A stretch of 64,000 bases of DNA, from the NCBI RefSeq assembly GCF_018350175.1, contig NC_058383.1:20400001-20464000 (forward strand), written 5' to 3'. Origin of the DNA: Felis catus. Lineage: Eukaryota. How positions within the stretch are numbered: the first letter of the stretch is position 1; each line of letters begins with the position of its first letter. Below the pieces are notes generated by a model that worked only from the letters and a program-made list of their open reading frames with translations, did no database searches and was not told the origin of the DNA. A program made the position numbers and the translations under genes. Below, piece after piece: positions 1 through 11,400 of this stretch.

Positions 1-454
1 GGGGAGCACGGTGATTCTGTAAGAAAGGTCCTGGAGAGTGGAGTGGGGCTGAGGACAGGGCTTTGGGGCCAGCAGGGTTGGGTCTTCTCTGCTTAAACTC
101 AATTCCCGTTGCTATTCCAGTCTTGCTGGCAAGAAGGCAAAGACCAAATGGCCGGGGCTCACGATGTGAGACTAGGATGACACGAGGGAACAGGGACGGT
201 ATGGGTTTCGTAAGAGGGCACCTCGTCCTCGTACACATTATAATAAAAATAACCCGGGTGACCTTCTCAGGTTTGGGCAGATGGAGAACTCAGCAGGGAG
301 AGTTTGAGGAGCAGGACTGGGTGGAAAGAAGGCTCTGTACCCACGGGGCAGCCCGCCTAGGCTTTGCAGAAATTGTAGCAGTGGTGATGGTCGGATGGCG
401 GCCATAGCTGCTGGTTCGTCTCATTCGCTGTTTTACGTGGTTTTGAAAAAGGTT

Positions 455-645
455 TCAATGTTTATTTATCTTTGAGAGAGAGACAGCACGCGAGCAGGGG
501 AGGGGCAGAGAGAGAGGGAGACGGAGAATCCGAAGCGGGCTCCACGCTGTCAGCACAAAGCCTGACACGGGTCTCGAACCCACGATCCGTGAGATCGTGA
601 CCGGAGCTGAAGTCAAGTCGCTCAACCGACCGAGCCACCCAGACC
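455..645 (-). mobile_element. Can-SINE (SINEC)
   Basis: tttatttat-(GA)n-gggcagagag...gagccacccag, the reverse complement of the Can-SINE head, CT tract and A tail. Confidence 0.95.
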
Positions 646-679
646 CCCCCCCCCCCCACCTTACGTGCCTTTTAGGTGT

Positions 680-860
680 TGATTCATTTGACCTTTGCAG
701 CAACGTTATGGGGTAGTTACTATCCTCATCCACATTTTACGTACCGGGAAACTGAAGCACAGAGATGTTAGGTAACTTTGCTGAAAGTCACACAAACTAG
801 CAAGCAGCGGGGCCAGGATTCAAACCCAGGAAGTTTGACTGTAAAACTCTGAGTTTATAA
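680..860 (-). mobile_element. MIR SINE fragment
   Basis: cattttac..ggaaactgaagcacagaga..aagtcacaca..ggattcaaacccagg MIR core. Confidence 0.8.
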
Positions 861-1239
861 CCACACCATACTATACTGTAAGAGAACAGGACCTAAGAGG
901 TGGGACGAATTCGGACCTGACTCCGGAAGGAGACCATATGGACCACCACATGCTTATCGAGCAGGGATTATGTTCCGAGTGTTTTTATAGACACCAGCAA
1001 CCTAATGGTGAACAGAAGGTGGCAATGGATTCTACCAGAACGGGTGGGAACCTGTCAACTGGAGGACCTGGTAGGTACGAGGTAAATCCGGATGTCCCTA
1101 AAATTAGAGGCTTGATGCGCAAGAAGAACCGTTTTCTCAAGAAATGTGGGAGATACAGTCACTCGTAGATCATTGGTTTGATACTGACACTCACAAGGAC
1201 CTTGTCATAACCTGGCTGTCTGAGGAACGAACTCTGCCG

Positions 1240-1460
1240 CCCAAAGTCCCGGGTTCGAATCTCGCCTTTGATGCTCACCAGCTATGGGACACTGGACAAG
1301 TCGTTTAACCTTATGTGCCTTGGCTCCCTGTTTGCAAAACGGGGAAGTAACAACAATAGGAAACCCCCTCCAGGGTGACGAGCATTTCATGTGTTAATAT
1401 TTGTGAAGTACTTAGAACCTACTTAGAATTATCATAAATGCTGTACGAATGCTATCAAAA
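1240..1460 (+). mobile_element. MIR SINE
   Basis: gggttcgaatctcgcc..ctatgggacactggacaagtcgtttaacct..tgtgaagtacttagaa. Confidence 0.75.
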
Positions 1461-1511
1461 TAAATGCCTTGATCTTTTATCTTGGCATGCCGAAACCCAG
1501 CTGGATCAGTT

Positions 1512-1694
1512 TCTTTTATTATTTGAAAGAGAGAACACGAGTAGGGGAGAGGAGCAAAGGGGGGGGCGGGATCTTAAGGAGGCTCCATGCTCAGTGCAGA
1601 GCCCGAGGCGGGGCTCGATCCCACAACCTTGGGATTACGACCTGAGCCAAAATCAAGAGTCAGACGCTCAGCCGACTGAGCCACCCAGGTGCCC
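1512..1694 (-). mobile_element. Can-SINE (older SINEC)
   Basis: ggggctcgatcccacaacc..gactgagccacccaggtgccc. Confidence 0.9.
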
Positions 1695-2532
1695 ATGGAT
1701 CAGCTCTTTATATAGAATTCTTTTTTCCTGTCTTCCCTACATCCACAAGGGAAATCACCTTTACCCCCATCTCCAAGTTCATGTGGGAACCACGCCTAAG
1801 CATCTTCCAGCGCCGCCCTGGGGAGGCTCTGACGAGACGGAGCTGTGAAAACCCGGGGCTCAGGGGACACCCCCAGGATCTCGGGGATTTCCTCCCTCCT
1901 CTGAACCTCCAAGGCGAGATGTGTGCACGGCGCCCGACGAAGCTCACATTCCGCCTTTTACTGTCATGATCAGGGAGACGTCAGATCACAGGGGTTAGTG
2001 GGCACAGATTCTGGAGTCAGAGCATCCTGGCTTCGTCCTCCCGTCTTTCCACTTCCTGGGGTGGAAACCATGGCTAAGTTTCAGCTTCCTGCCTCAGCTC
2101 TTCTCACACACACGGCAGAAGCAACAGCACCTGCTCCTTAGTCCCTCCCAACCGGTCCCTCCATCCTGTCCCAGCGGGCCATTCCTCACGCTGCGGCCGC
2201 AGTCATTCTCTGCCCACTTCACCCAGGGGGTGCTTACTCCGCTGCTTTGAAATCCGCCAGAAGACGTCCGTTGGCTTCACGAGTAAATCCCAAATCCTTC
2301 CCTGGGACGGTGAGACTCCTCTGGTCAACTTCACCGTCCTCTGCCCCCTCTTCCGCTCCGCTTCCGCCCACTGGCCTCCTGGCTGTGTTCCTTGGACAGT
2401 CTCAACGTGCCTCAGAGCCTTTTCACTTCCTCCACCCGGAAGGGTCTCCCCCCAGATAATCCCCCTAGGACTCTTATTTCCTTCATTCATTCGGAGAAGC
2501 TGTCCCAAACTCGCCATAAAATGGCACTTCTG

Positions 2533-2755
2533 GGGGCGCCTGGGTGGCTTGGTCGGTTAAGCATCCGACTTCGGCTCAGGTCATGATCTCATGGTCCGTG
2601 GGTTCGAGCCCCGCGTCGGGCTCTGTGCTGACAGCTCAGAGCCTGGAGCCTGCTTCAGATCCTGTGTCTCCCTCTCTCTGTGACCCTCCCCTGTTCATGC
2701 TCTGTCTCTCTCTGTCTCAAAAATAAATAAACGTTAAAAAAAAATTAAAAAAAAA
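2533..2755 (+). mobile_element. Can-SINE (SINEC_Fc-like), full length
   Basis: ggggcgcctgggtggct head, CT tract, A tail; target-site duplication (TSD) aaaatggcacttctg on both sides. Confidence 0.97.
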
Positions 2756-3243
2756 TGGCACTTCTGCTCTTTTCCACTTACTGTGCATCCGAAATAAATC
2801 CAGAGGTATTTCTTGGTTTGTTTCTCGTTTATCTCCCTCCTCAACATCACCGTCGAGGCATATAAACTCCACGACGGTCGGGCCCCGTTTTGTTGTCCGC
2901 TATTTTAGTCCAGGCGCCGGAAACAAAACGTTGTCGTCACGTACTTAGCACTAGAGTAATCATTGTTCAGGGAAAGAGGCTTAGCCCAGTGCGAGGCTCC
3001 GTGTGGTCACCCAACGTGCCATCGCCGTGGTCATTGAACCCTTACTGCGGGAGCTCACGTCTGTCCTCCCCGCTGACCTGTGAGCCCTTCAAGGACGGTT
3101 GACTGTGTCTCATTCATGTCTGTCTCCCCCACAGAGCCCAGCACAGAGCACGAGGCGAGCCACGCGTGTTAATGTCGAAGACCTCTGCAGACATCAGAGG
3201 GCAAAACCAAAAAATAAAAATAATCATAATAATGAATAGAAAG

Positions 3244-3286
<43 letters not shown>

Positions 3287-5157
3287 AAGAGTGAAAACAG
3301 CCCCTTGCCTGGATGTGCAGGCACTTGATGGATTGGGGACATTTCATCACCCTGTTACCTCTGGCATCGAGGACACTTTTGAGCCCTGGCAGAAAGGAGA
3401 AGGAAGAGCTACGGGGAGAGCCTGTAGGTCCAGGCCATCCCCTGCGGGGCTGAACGTCCCCGGGTCCTTGCCCCTGCCTGCCTCCTGGACCCCTTGTCCC
3501 CCTTCTCCGGGACCCGCCACGCCCCCTCCGGGAGTCCTGCCTCCCACACCCCGAGGCCGCCCCTCCCCGCCTGCTGTCTCCCGCGTAAGCATTAGTCACT
3601 CTCCAGGAGAGAGCTGTGACAAGATCCCATCTCGGCGGCGCCCGGGGAATCCGACACCTGGAGAGCCATGTGTATTTTCTCCCAACTTCTTGTCGTGCTG
3701 TGAATATTATTAAAATGCCCTATTTATCAGAGGAGGAGGGTGGGGGGAACCCAGCTTAAGCCAAACGATATATAGGATTTAAAATCCAGGCTGTGGGTTT
3801 CATTTCCCCGGGAACGGTGGTGAGCAAGTAAAGGGAGATAATTTATGATTCTCCTGAGAGGAGGCAGAAGGCATGCCAGACACTCAGGGGCGATTCTTTC
3901 CTCTCCCCTTGGCCTGCTCAGACCCTCCCTCCCAGGCCCCGCAGCTCCCCGCTGTCCTTGGAGTACAGAGGAAGTGGAGAGTGTAGGTGCAGGAGGCGGG
4001 CGGGGAGTGAGCCTGCCAGCTGCAAACATCTGGAGCATCCCCAGGCGTGTTCACCTAGAGGCAGAGGGTGCATCACGTAACAGGGCCGTCCAGGCCTGGT
4101 GGCTTAAAAAAAAAAAAAGAAAGACAGGTACTATTTGTTCCCCAACTTGGCGTCCATGGAACGTAAATGAGCAGATAGAAACATGATAGAAACAGCTCAC
4201 GTCTACGATAATAATCAGATGTGTAATATGATGCTGATATGATAATAACCACTAGGTATCACACAGTCCGCTCTGTTCTAAGTGCTTCCCTTTCCTGCCT
4301 TCACTGAATCCCCGCAACCACCCCGAGGCAGGCCCTGCGCTCCTCCTCCTTTTATAGTTGAAGAGAACTGAGGCTCAGAGAGGTTCGGCACTCACTCAAG
4401 GCCACACAGCCTGTAGGTGGCAGGCGGATTGGTGTGCAGGCTGTGCATCAGACAGACTCGCGTTGGAGGGGGGTGTCTGGATCCCTCCACTACTGGAAAC
4501 GTCACCTTGCACTTGAACGGTGGCTTTGTAGTTTCTTATAACGCCCAGAGCAATGAGAACGAGAGGAGACGTATGTTGGCGCTTAGCGAGGGCCGTGCTG
4601 AGCCCTAGTCACACGGTGCCTTGTGGATTCCTCGCAAAAACCTCGGGAGGGAAGTTCTAATCTTATCCCCGTATTTCAGATACTAAGACAGAGGCTCAGA
4701 AATGTGGAGCCGTGTGCCCAGCATCACGTGACCAATAAGGGGAGAACCACAAGGTGAACCCAGGGGCAGCCTGGCCCCGGAGGCCACACTCCTCACCATT
4801 ACAGTCGGGGCCCTCCCGCATACTGGAGACACGAGAAGAGACTCCACGGCAAAAGGCGAAGCCTGGCTCGTTAACAAACACGTTCCAGAACTTCTGCAGG
4901 AGCGACGTCTGTACCGGAGGTACACGCAATGCATCGGGGTCATCTCCGTGTTCACAGGTAGTGTTATGTTCACTGTGAACTCGGGGGAAGGCTCACTCAG
5001 TTTGCTCTGTGAGCCTGTGCAAATCTCCGGTTTTCTGCGAGCCGCGGCTTCTTCTGTTTCACCTGCAAGATGGGAGATAAGACCTTCCGTGTAGCGGAGA
5101 GTGTCTAAATAAGAACCGGAAGCATAGGAAGCCCTCCCAGTGTGCAAGATGGGAGTG

Positions 5158-6335
5158 AGGGAGGAAGGAGAAGGAGATGGAGAAGGAGGAGAAGGAGAAG
5201 GAGATGGAGGAGGAGGAGGAAGAGGAGGAGGAGGAGGAGGGGGAGGAGGAGGAGGAGGAGGAGGAGGGGAGGGGGAGGAGGAGGAGAAGGAGAAGGAGAA
5301 GGAGAAGGAGGAGGAGGAGGAGGAGGGGGAGGAGGAGGAGGGGGAGGAGGAGGAGGAGGAGGAGAAGGAGGAGGAGGAGAAGGAGGAGAAGGAGAAGGAG
5401 AAGGAGAAGGAGAAGGAGGAGGAGGAGGAGGGGGAGGGGGAGGAGGGGGAGGGGGAGGGGGAGGAGGAGGAGGAGAAGGAGAAGGAGAAGGAGAAGGAGA
5501 AGGAGAAGGAGATGGAGAAGGAGGAGAAGGAGAAGGAGATGGAGGAGGAGGAGGAAGAGGAGGAAGAGGAGGGGGAGGAGGAGGAGGGGCAGGGGGAGGA
5601 GGAGGAGGGGCAGGGGGAGGAGGAGGAGGGGGAGGAGGAGGAGGGGAGGGGGAGGAGGAGGAGGGGAGGGGGAGGAGGAGGAGAAGGAGAAGGAGAAGGA
5701 GGAGGGGGAGGAGGAGGGGGAGGAGGAGGAGGAGGAGGGGGACGAGGAGGAGGGGCAGGGGGAGAAGGAGGAGGAGGAGGGGGAGGAGGAGGAGGGGCAG
5801 GGGGAGGAGGAGGAGGGGGAGGAGGAGGAGGAGGGGGAGGAGGAGGAGGAGGGGGAGGGGGAGGGGGAGGAGGGGGAGGAGGAGGAGGAGAAGGAGGAGA
5901 AGGAGGAGAAGGAGAAGGAGGAGAAGGAGAAGGAGAAGGACATGGAGAAGGAGGAGAAGGAGGAGGGGAGGGGAAGGAGGAGGAGGGGCAGGGGGAGGAG
6001 GAGAAGGAGATGGAGGAGGAGGAGAAGGAGAAAGAAGAGGAGGAGGGGGAGGAGGAGGAGGGGGAGGAGGAGGGGGAGGAGGAGGGGGAGGAGGAGGGGG
6101 AGGAGAAGGAGAAGGAGGAGGAGGAGAAGGAGAAGGAGATGGAGGAGGAGGAGGAAGAGGAGGAGGAGGAGGGGGAGGAGGAGGAGGGGAGGGGGAGGAG
6201 GAAGAGGGGCAGGGGGAGGAGGAGGAGGAGGAGGAGAAGGAGAAGGAGAAGGAGGAGAAGGAGAAGGAGAAGGAGAAGGAGAAGGAGAAGGTGGAGAAGG
6301 AGAAGGAGATGGACAAGGACGAGGACAAGGACAAA
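5158..6335 (+). repeat. ~1.2 kb polypurine (GGA/GAA/GGG)n array
   Basis: Nearly pure G/A strand of GGAGGA, GGAGAA and GGGGAG units; stop-free in all six frames. Confidence 0.97.
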
Positions 6336-7934
6336 AAAGCAGGGATTTTTTAAAATGTATCCACGGGCATTTAAAATAGATCTCCGACGCCTTAAGAACC
6401 CTTCCACTGGCATTTCCTCTGTGCCCGGCACTGCTTGAAGTGTAAGGGTGTCTGTCGTCCTCACGACAACCCTGGGACACAGCCATTTCCACCTTGCAGA
6501 TGAAGCAACTGAGGCCCAGAGAAGCTAGGTGTCTGCAGAGGATTCCTTCACCAGTAGGCAGCACAGCCAGGGCCTGAGCCCTCGCAGCCCAGCTCGAGTC
6601 CACACCGCTAACCTGCAGCTTCCCTCGTGGTGGCTAAGCTGGCCCACCCGACCCACACCCGGCACTTCGCAGGCACCTTCGGCCGATTTGGCCGCGTTCG
6701 CGTCTTCCTCGCCTGGGAGGCTGGCATTGAGACAAAGGAGAGGAGAAAGCAGGCGTCAAACGTCTCCTCTGTGCCGGGCTCAGCTGTGGCCTTAGCCGGC
6801 TCCACGAGGACCGTCCCCTGGCGCGGTCTGCATACCGCTGGGGCGGCACATAGAAGAACCAGTTTTGAAAGTTATCTAGTCGCTTCATGTGTTAGGAAAG
6901 GGCCGTGTGACTGAGATTCACAGGATGCTCTAAATAGGCTCATGGATAAATAATATTCAAGGTAAAAACAGAAGCAGGTCAACATACAGGGGGAGAAAAA
7001 TTAAGTTAACCCGGAGCCCTGGAGGTACGTTTCCACGAAGGCAAAACGAGGCCGGTGGGAGTGTAGGAAACTGCATCCTTTCACCTGAGTCTCTGCCTAT
7101 GAATCCATTACTCCCATTTTATAGATGAGGAATAACAAGGTCTGGACGAATCCAATGGTTTGCCCACGCTTGAAATCAGCCAAGTGGGGCTTGAAACGCC
7201 AGTGCCCGGCCACCGCGGGGCTCTCTTTCCGCCATTTCGATGGTTTGTTCGTCCTCCTGCACTTGACCTCGAGACCCAGAGCAGATTTCCACTCCCCCTC
7301 CCTTGATCCCCGACTCCCCTTTCTGTCAAGGTGTTCGCTGAAATCTGCAAGTCACCAAGGCCCCCGGAAGTGTATGTATTTAAATTGTCAAGATAAGTTG
7401 ACTTTTAGAGCCCCACTGGAGGAGTCCTACAAGCCTGGGCTGCAGGTCGGGAGCCATGAATATGCAAGTTCACGCTGCCATTGAATTCGGCGGCTGCAAA
7501 CATATTTGGAGGCAGCTGCTCATTTAATAATCTGGGACAACCACAAGAATAGACAACCGGTCGCTCTGGCCCATTTGCGTGGGTAAAGCGATAATTTTAT
7601 AACACAATTGCAGCAATTAGGTTTCCCCAGACAAAGCCAGGGGAACACCATTTGGGAGCAATCTTGGGTGTTACCAGCTGGAGCCTGCTGTGGCCTCACC
7701 CCAGCTGTCAAACGGAACAACCTGTTTTCCTGTGGATGCAGCCTTGTGAAGAGGTGGGGGCGTGGGGCGGACTTAGGTTGGAATCTCAGCATCGCTACGA
7801 GCTATGGAACCCCAGGATGATCTCTCAATCTTTCTGAGAGAGATTCATCTGTGAATGGGGATTCGCTTGGTCCCTTCCTTTAAGGGGCTGTCGTGAGGAT
7901 TGAAAGTGACCACGTGTCTGAAACTTTAAAATTC

Positions 7935-7956
7935 TTGTTAACATTTTATTTATTTT

Positions 7957-7996
<40 letters not shown>

Positions 7997-8163
7997 TGCA
8001 AGCAGGGGAGGGGCAGAGAAAGGGAGACACAGAATCCAAAGCGCCAGTTTCCAGGCGCTGAGCTCTCGGCTCGGAGCCCGGTGCGGGGCTCGAGCCCACG
8101 GCCCGCGAGATCATGACCTGAGCTGAAGCTGGACGCTCAACCGACTGAGCCACCTGGGCGCCC
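7935..8163 (-). mobile_element. Can-SINE
   Basis: (GA)n and SINE body; gaaacttta on both flanks. Confidence 0.95.
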
Positions 8164-8187
8164 TTGAAACTTTAGAACGTCGTCTAG

Positions 8188-8352
8188 CCCAGTGGTTCTC
8201 AAACTTCTTGGCACGTCAGAATCACTGTGGACCTTCTAAACATTTACTGACGTCGGGACCCTACTGGTAGAGATTCTAACTGGAGCATGCACGTTAGAAG
8301 ATTTTAAACGCCTCGGGTGATTCCAATGTATGGCCAAGGTGGAAAACTACTC
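8188..8352. mobile_element. MER5-type hAT-Charlie MITE
   Basis: cagtggttctcaaactt..agaatcac...gggtgattccaatgtatggccaaggtggaaaactact imperfect palindrome. Confidence 0.75.
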
Positions 8353-9029
8353 TTCAGGTACAAAACCAAAGTTTGGTAATAAAGGTAATATATGGACAGA
8401 ATTGCTAGGACGATGATGAACGGGTACTGGAAAAAGCCGCGCTCAAACAAAACTACGACACAAACACACGGGGTGATCAGAGTGTGTCTGTCATGCCTTG
8501 AAATGCTCGTTCCCCCACCTTCCACACCACCGAGCGATGCTTCGGAGCCAGTTACCCTGACGCTGATGCCCTTAGAAGAGCCCTCACCCGATGCTGTTAA
8601 GTGTTCCTCCAGGAGGGTCAAGAGGCATGCATCTAACCCCAGGCCATCTGTCTCCGGGAGGGGAAAAAAAAAAAGCTGTCGAACTACCCATGGTCGTGGT
8701 TCTCATCATCCGGCCCTGTTACCGCACTGACTCTCCAGGCCTGAAGTCCAGCTCAAATTCTGGCCTTCTGGCCTGGGTCACCCACCCCACGCCAAGCGCC
8801 ACGTTCTTCTTCTGACATCTCCCGCCCAACGCAGTCTGGGACGCTCTGTTCTACGTCCCGGACGCATGTTGATGCGATCCTAGCAAGCCATTCTCCGCTT
8901 CCCTCTCACTGGCAGCACCCGTTTCTCATCTGGTCTCCAAAACTGTGGTGCGTGGACACGATACTTGGAAATTGTGCGGGATACTGCAGCGGTCCCTAAT
9001 ATCTGAGTTTTCTTCTGCCTAGGTAACGC

Positions 9030-9540
9030 CCCTCTACTACGGTTTCCAGCTTGCGGTGGAAAAGGAAGTTTCTCTGACCAGGGTCCTAGCTGTCAACGGC
9101 AGTCATGTTCTCCACTTCCACGCGTGGCATACGACCTTCCAGTCATGACTGTTGACCTTTCATGATCTCTGCCTGGCTGGAGACAACTCTGGAGACTGAG
9201 AGGAAGGCAGAGCCATAACATAGAAGGAGCCTGGGCTCTTGAGGGACAGAGAGAAAGAGCCCCTTCCCTAACTTTCTCCCACCACCCCTCAATGGACTAC
9301 GATGTGCAAAGGAGAAATACCCTCTGCTTGAGAATCGCTTTTATTGCTGTTTGTTTGTTATAGCAACTACATTACCCTAATAGTGAAACAGTAAGGTAAT
9401 TTTGCCACCGCGTGGGGGACAAATCCGACAGCCCAGAGACAGAAGGACTAGGTCATCTGATGACTTCTCTGAGCTGCTGCACAACTTGAAGATTCTTACC
9501 TCCAGACCTCTTGTCATGAGAGGTACTAATAAACCCTCCT
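9030..9540 (+). mobile_element. Old MaLR LTR fragments (MLT1H-L-like)
   Basis: ggcagagccataacatagaaggagcctggg..tttgttatagcaac and tacctccagacctcttgtcatgaga..aataaaccc. Confidence 0.55.
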
Positions 9541-9599
9541 GACTCCCAGTAATCCTCCAACCAAGCTAGGCAAGGGCCAAGTGGACTTGGGGGTGTAGG

Positions 9600-11400
9600 G
9601 GAGAGGGACTGTAGGTCAGTTCCTGCCACCTCACAGTGGGGCTTCTTAAAGGGGAATGGGCATGTCTTTGCAAGAGTTTCAGGGTTGTGATGGTCAAAGA
9701 GGGGAGGTCCCCTCTCTTTAAAATTATGTTACAGAGCCCAAACCACCATGTGACCATGTGTTGACAACTGCCCATCCCAGGACTGGTGCTTTTTGAGCTC
9801 ACCCTTCGTGGATGTTGTGGCTCTCTTTCAGGCTGGGACTCGACATGGGCTCTCCCAGCACCTTCTCCTCACCTTGTTTTCCACTCATTGCCTGGTCCCG
9901 GCTCAACAGAAGAGCAGAGGGGTTCAGCTGTTCTCAAAGCAACTCAGCCACAAGGCTATAGATGATGATGATCTCCACCCACTGCTTTGGAAGTGTGACA
10001 GTGAGGGCTTCAGGTCTGAACATCAGGGATGTCCTAAGAAGCTATTCCTTGACCCTTGTTGATGAACTGAACACACAGCCACGACAGGAAATTAATCCAA
10101 GTTCTGGAAGGCTGTGAAGTGACTGATCGACACAGCTGAATGTCACCAAGGTTCTGCCTCCCAGGTCTTTGAGGCCGTGATAAGGGCCCTAGGAAGTCTC
10201 CTGTCTGACCATAAAATAAGTGGGGATTCCATGAAGCCAACTGGTGATATGACAGTTGAGGATTACGAAAACAAATAATTAGACATGGCTCATGACCAGG
10301 CCATGTGACCCCTCCCTGTTCTTGAAAACACTACGACAAGGGTCCTGTATCTTCTGATTTAAAGATAGCAATAGTGCACTGTGGGAGCTGGCTCCTTACT
10401 GGAACATGGGATTCTTAGCTGATGACTGGAAGTGTCTCCATTGGACATGGTGGCCAAATGGGCACTGAAAGCCCTTTGGAATTTCTGCATAAATGACAGG
10501 GGATTATTAAGGAATGTTGTGACCACTCGGTTGGGCCATTGGTTGGAAAGCACAGGGGCTTGGATGCCAGGCTGGATGACTTGGAAGGATATCTCTTGAA
10601 ATCTTTCTCCTTGAAGAAGAAGACCTAGAAATGTTTAGTGCCATTTCTATGAGCTGAATTGTGTGCCGTCCAAATTCACATGTCAAAGTCTTAACCCTCA
10701 ATGTGACTGTATTTGGAGATAGGGCCTTTATGGAGATGGTCAAGGTTAAATAAAGTCATTAGGGTAGAGCCAGGATCTTATATGGCCTTATAAGAAGGGA
10801 CATAAGCCTCTCTCTCTCTCTGTGTCTGTCTCTGTCTCTCTCCATCCCTTCCCCCTCCCCTCCCTCTCTTTGCCATGTGAGGACTCAATGAGAAGATGGC
10901 CATCCACAAGCCAGGAAAAGAGCTCTCACCCAGAATTGAATGGACTGGCATTTTGATCTGGGACTCCCAGCCTCCAGAGGTGTGAGAAAACAAACGTCTA
11001 TTGCTTAAGCCACCAGTCTATGGTATTTTCTTATGGTAGCAGCCTAAGCAGACTACATCAGCTACCTATCAGAGCACTCAGAATTGCTTAAGGAGAGGTC
11101 AAGAGACCCAAAATAAAGGAAGGCTCTCCTCTTTGTCAAGGTGTACATGCTCAGTGGGCAGCTGATCAACTCCTGGGTTGACTCTCTGAAGGCTGCCTCC
11201 CTGGGCTGAGGTTCTAGCAACTGTTTCCATCCGCCTCCACACTCTTTACTCTGCTGTGAAGCAAAGATACGGCGCCCTTCCTAAGAAGGTTAAGTGGTGT
11301 CTCCAGGTCTCTGATGCTCTCTTCTACCTGCTGAGACTAGAGTTAGCAGAATCTTCATATCTCCTCTAGCAGGCGGCCAAGAATGCCTTCTACCTTTATG
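9600..11400 (-). pseudogene. Decayed Ty3/gypsy sushi-ichi-like gag relic (RTL/SIRH-like), interrupted by an MLT1 LTR
   Basis: Hand translation with frameshifts gives ordered motifs: LNLLRKGAVSLL (~11260-11293), PLS*CF, ICF-VI..SW, MESPLIL (~10212-10232), AFQNLD*-FLSW-LCVQF..G (~10050-10112), LPKQ..II, and L*HNFKER..P.TLAKTCP...AG (~9618-9735). These match remembered PEG10/LDOC1/RTL3 gag motifs in order; many stops and indels. Confidence 0.6.
10645..11060 (+). mobile_element. MaLR solo LTR (MLT1A-like)
   Basis: ctatgagctgaattgtgt..tgtgactgtatttggagatagggccttta..ccagcctccaga..ttaagccaccagtctatggtatttt..gcagcctaagcagacta. Confidence 0.85.

Noticed and set aside
2533..2620. tRNA genes (A/B-box heads) and recurrent MAQSVERPTSAQV ORFs
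   Set aside because: These are tRNA-derived heads of Can-SINEs.
5140..6438. RPGR ORF15-like Glu/Gly-rich protein (and the overlapping 400-593 aa ORFs)
   Set aside because: ORFs exist only because purine repeats lack stops; the register shifts to poly-Gly/Arg, there is no RPGR-like flanking sequence, and MIR fragments lie on both sides.
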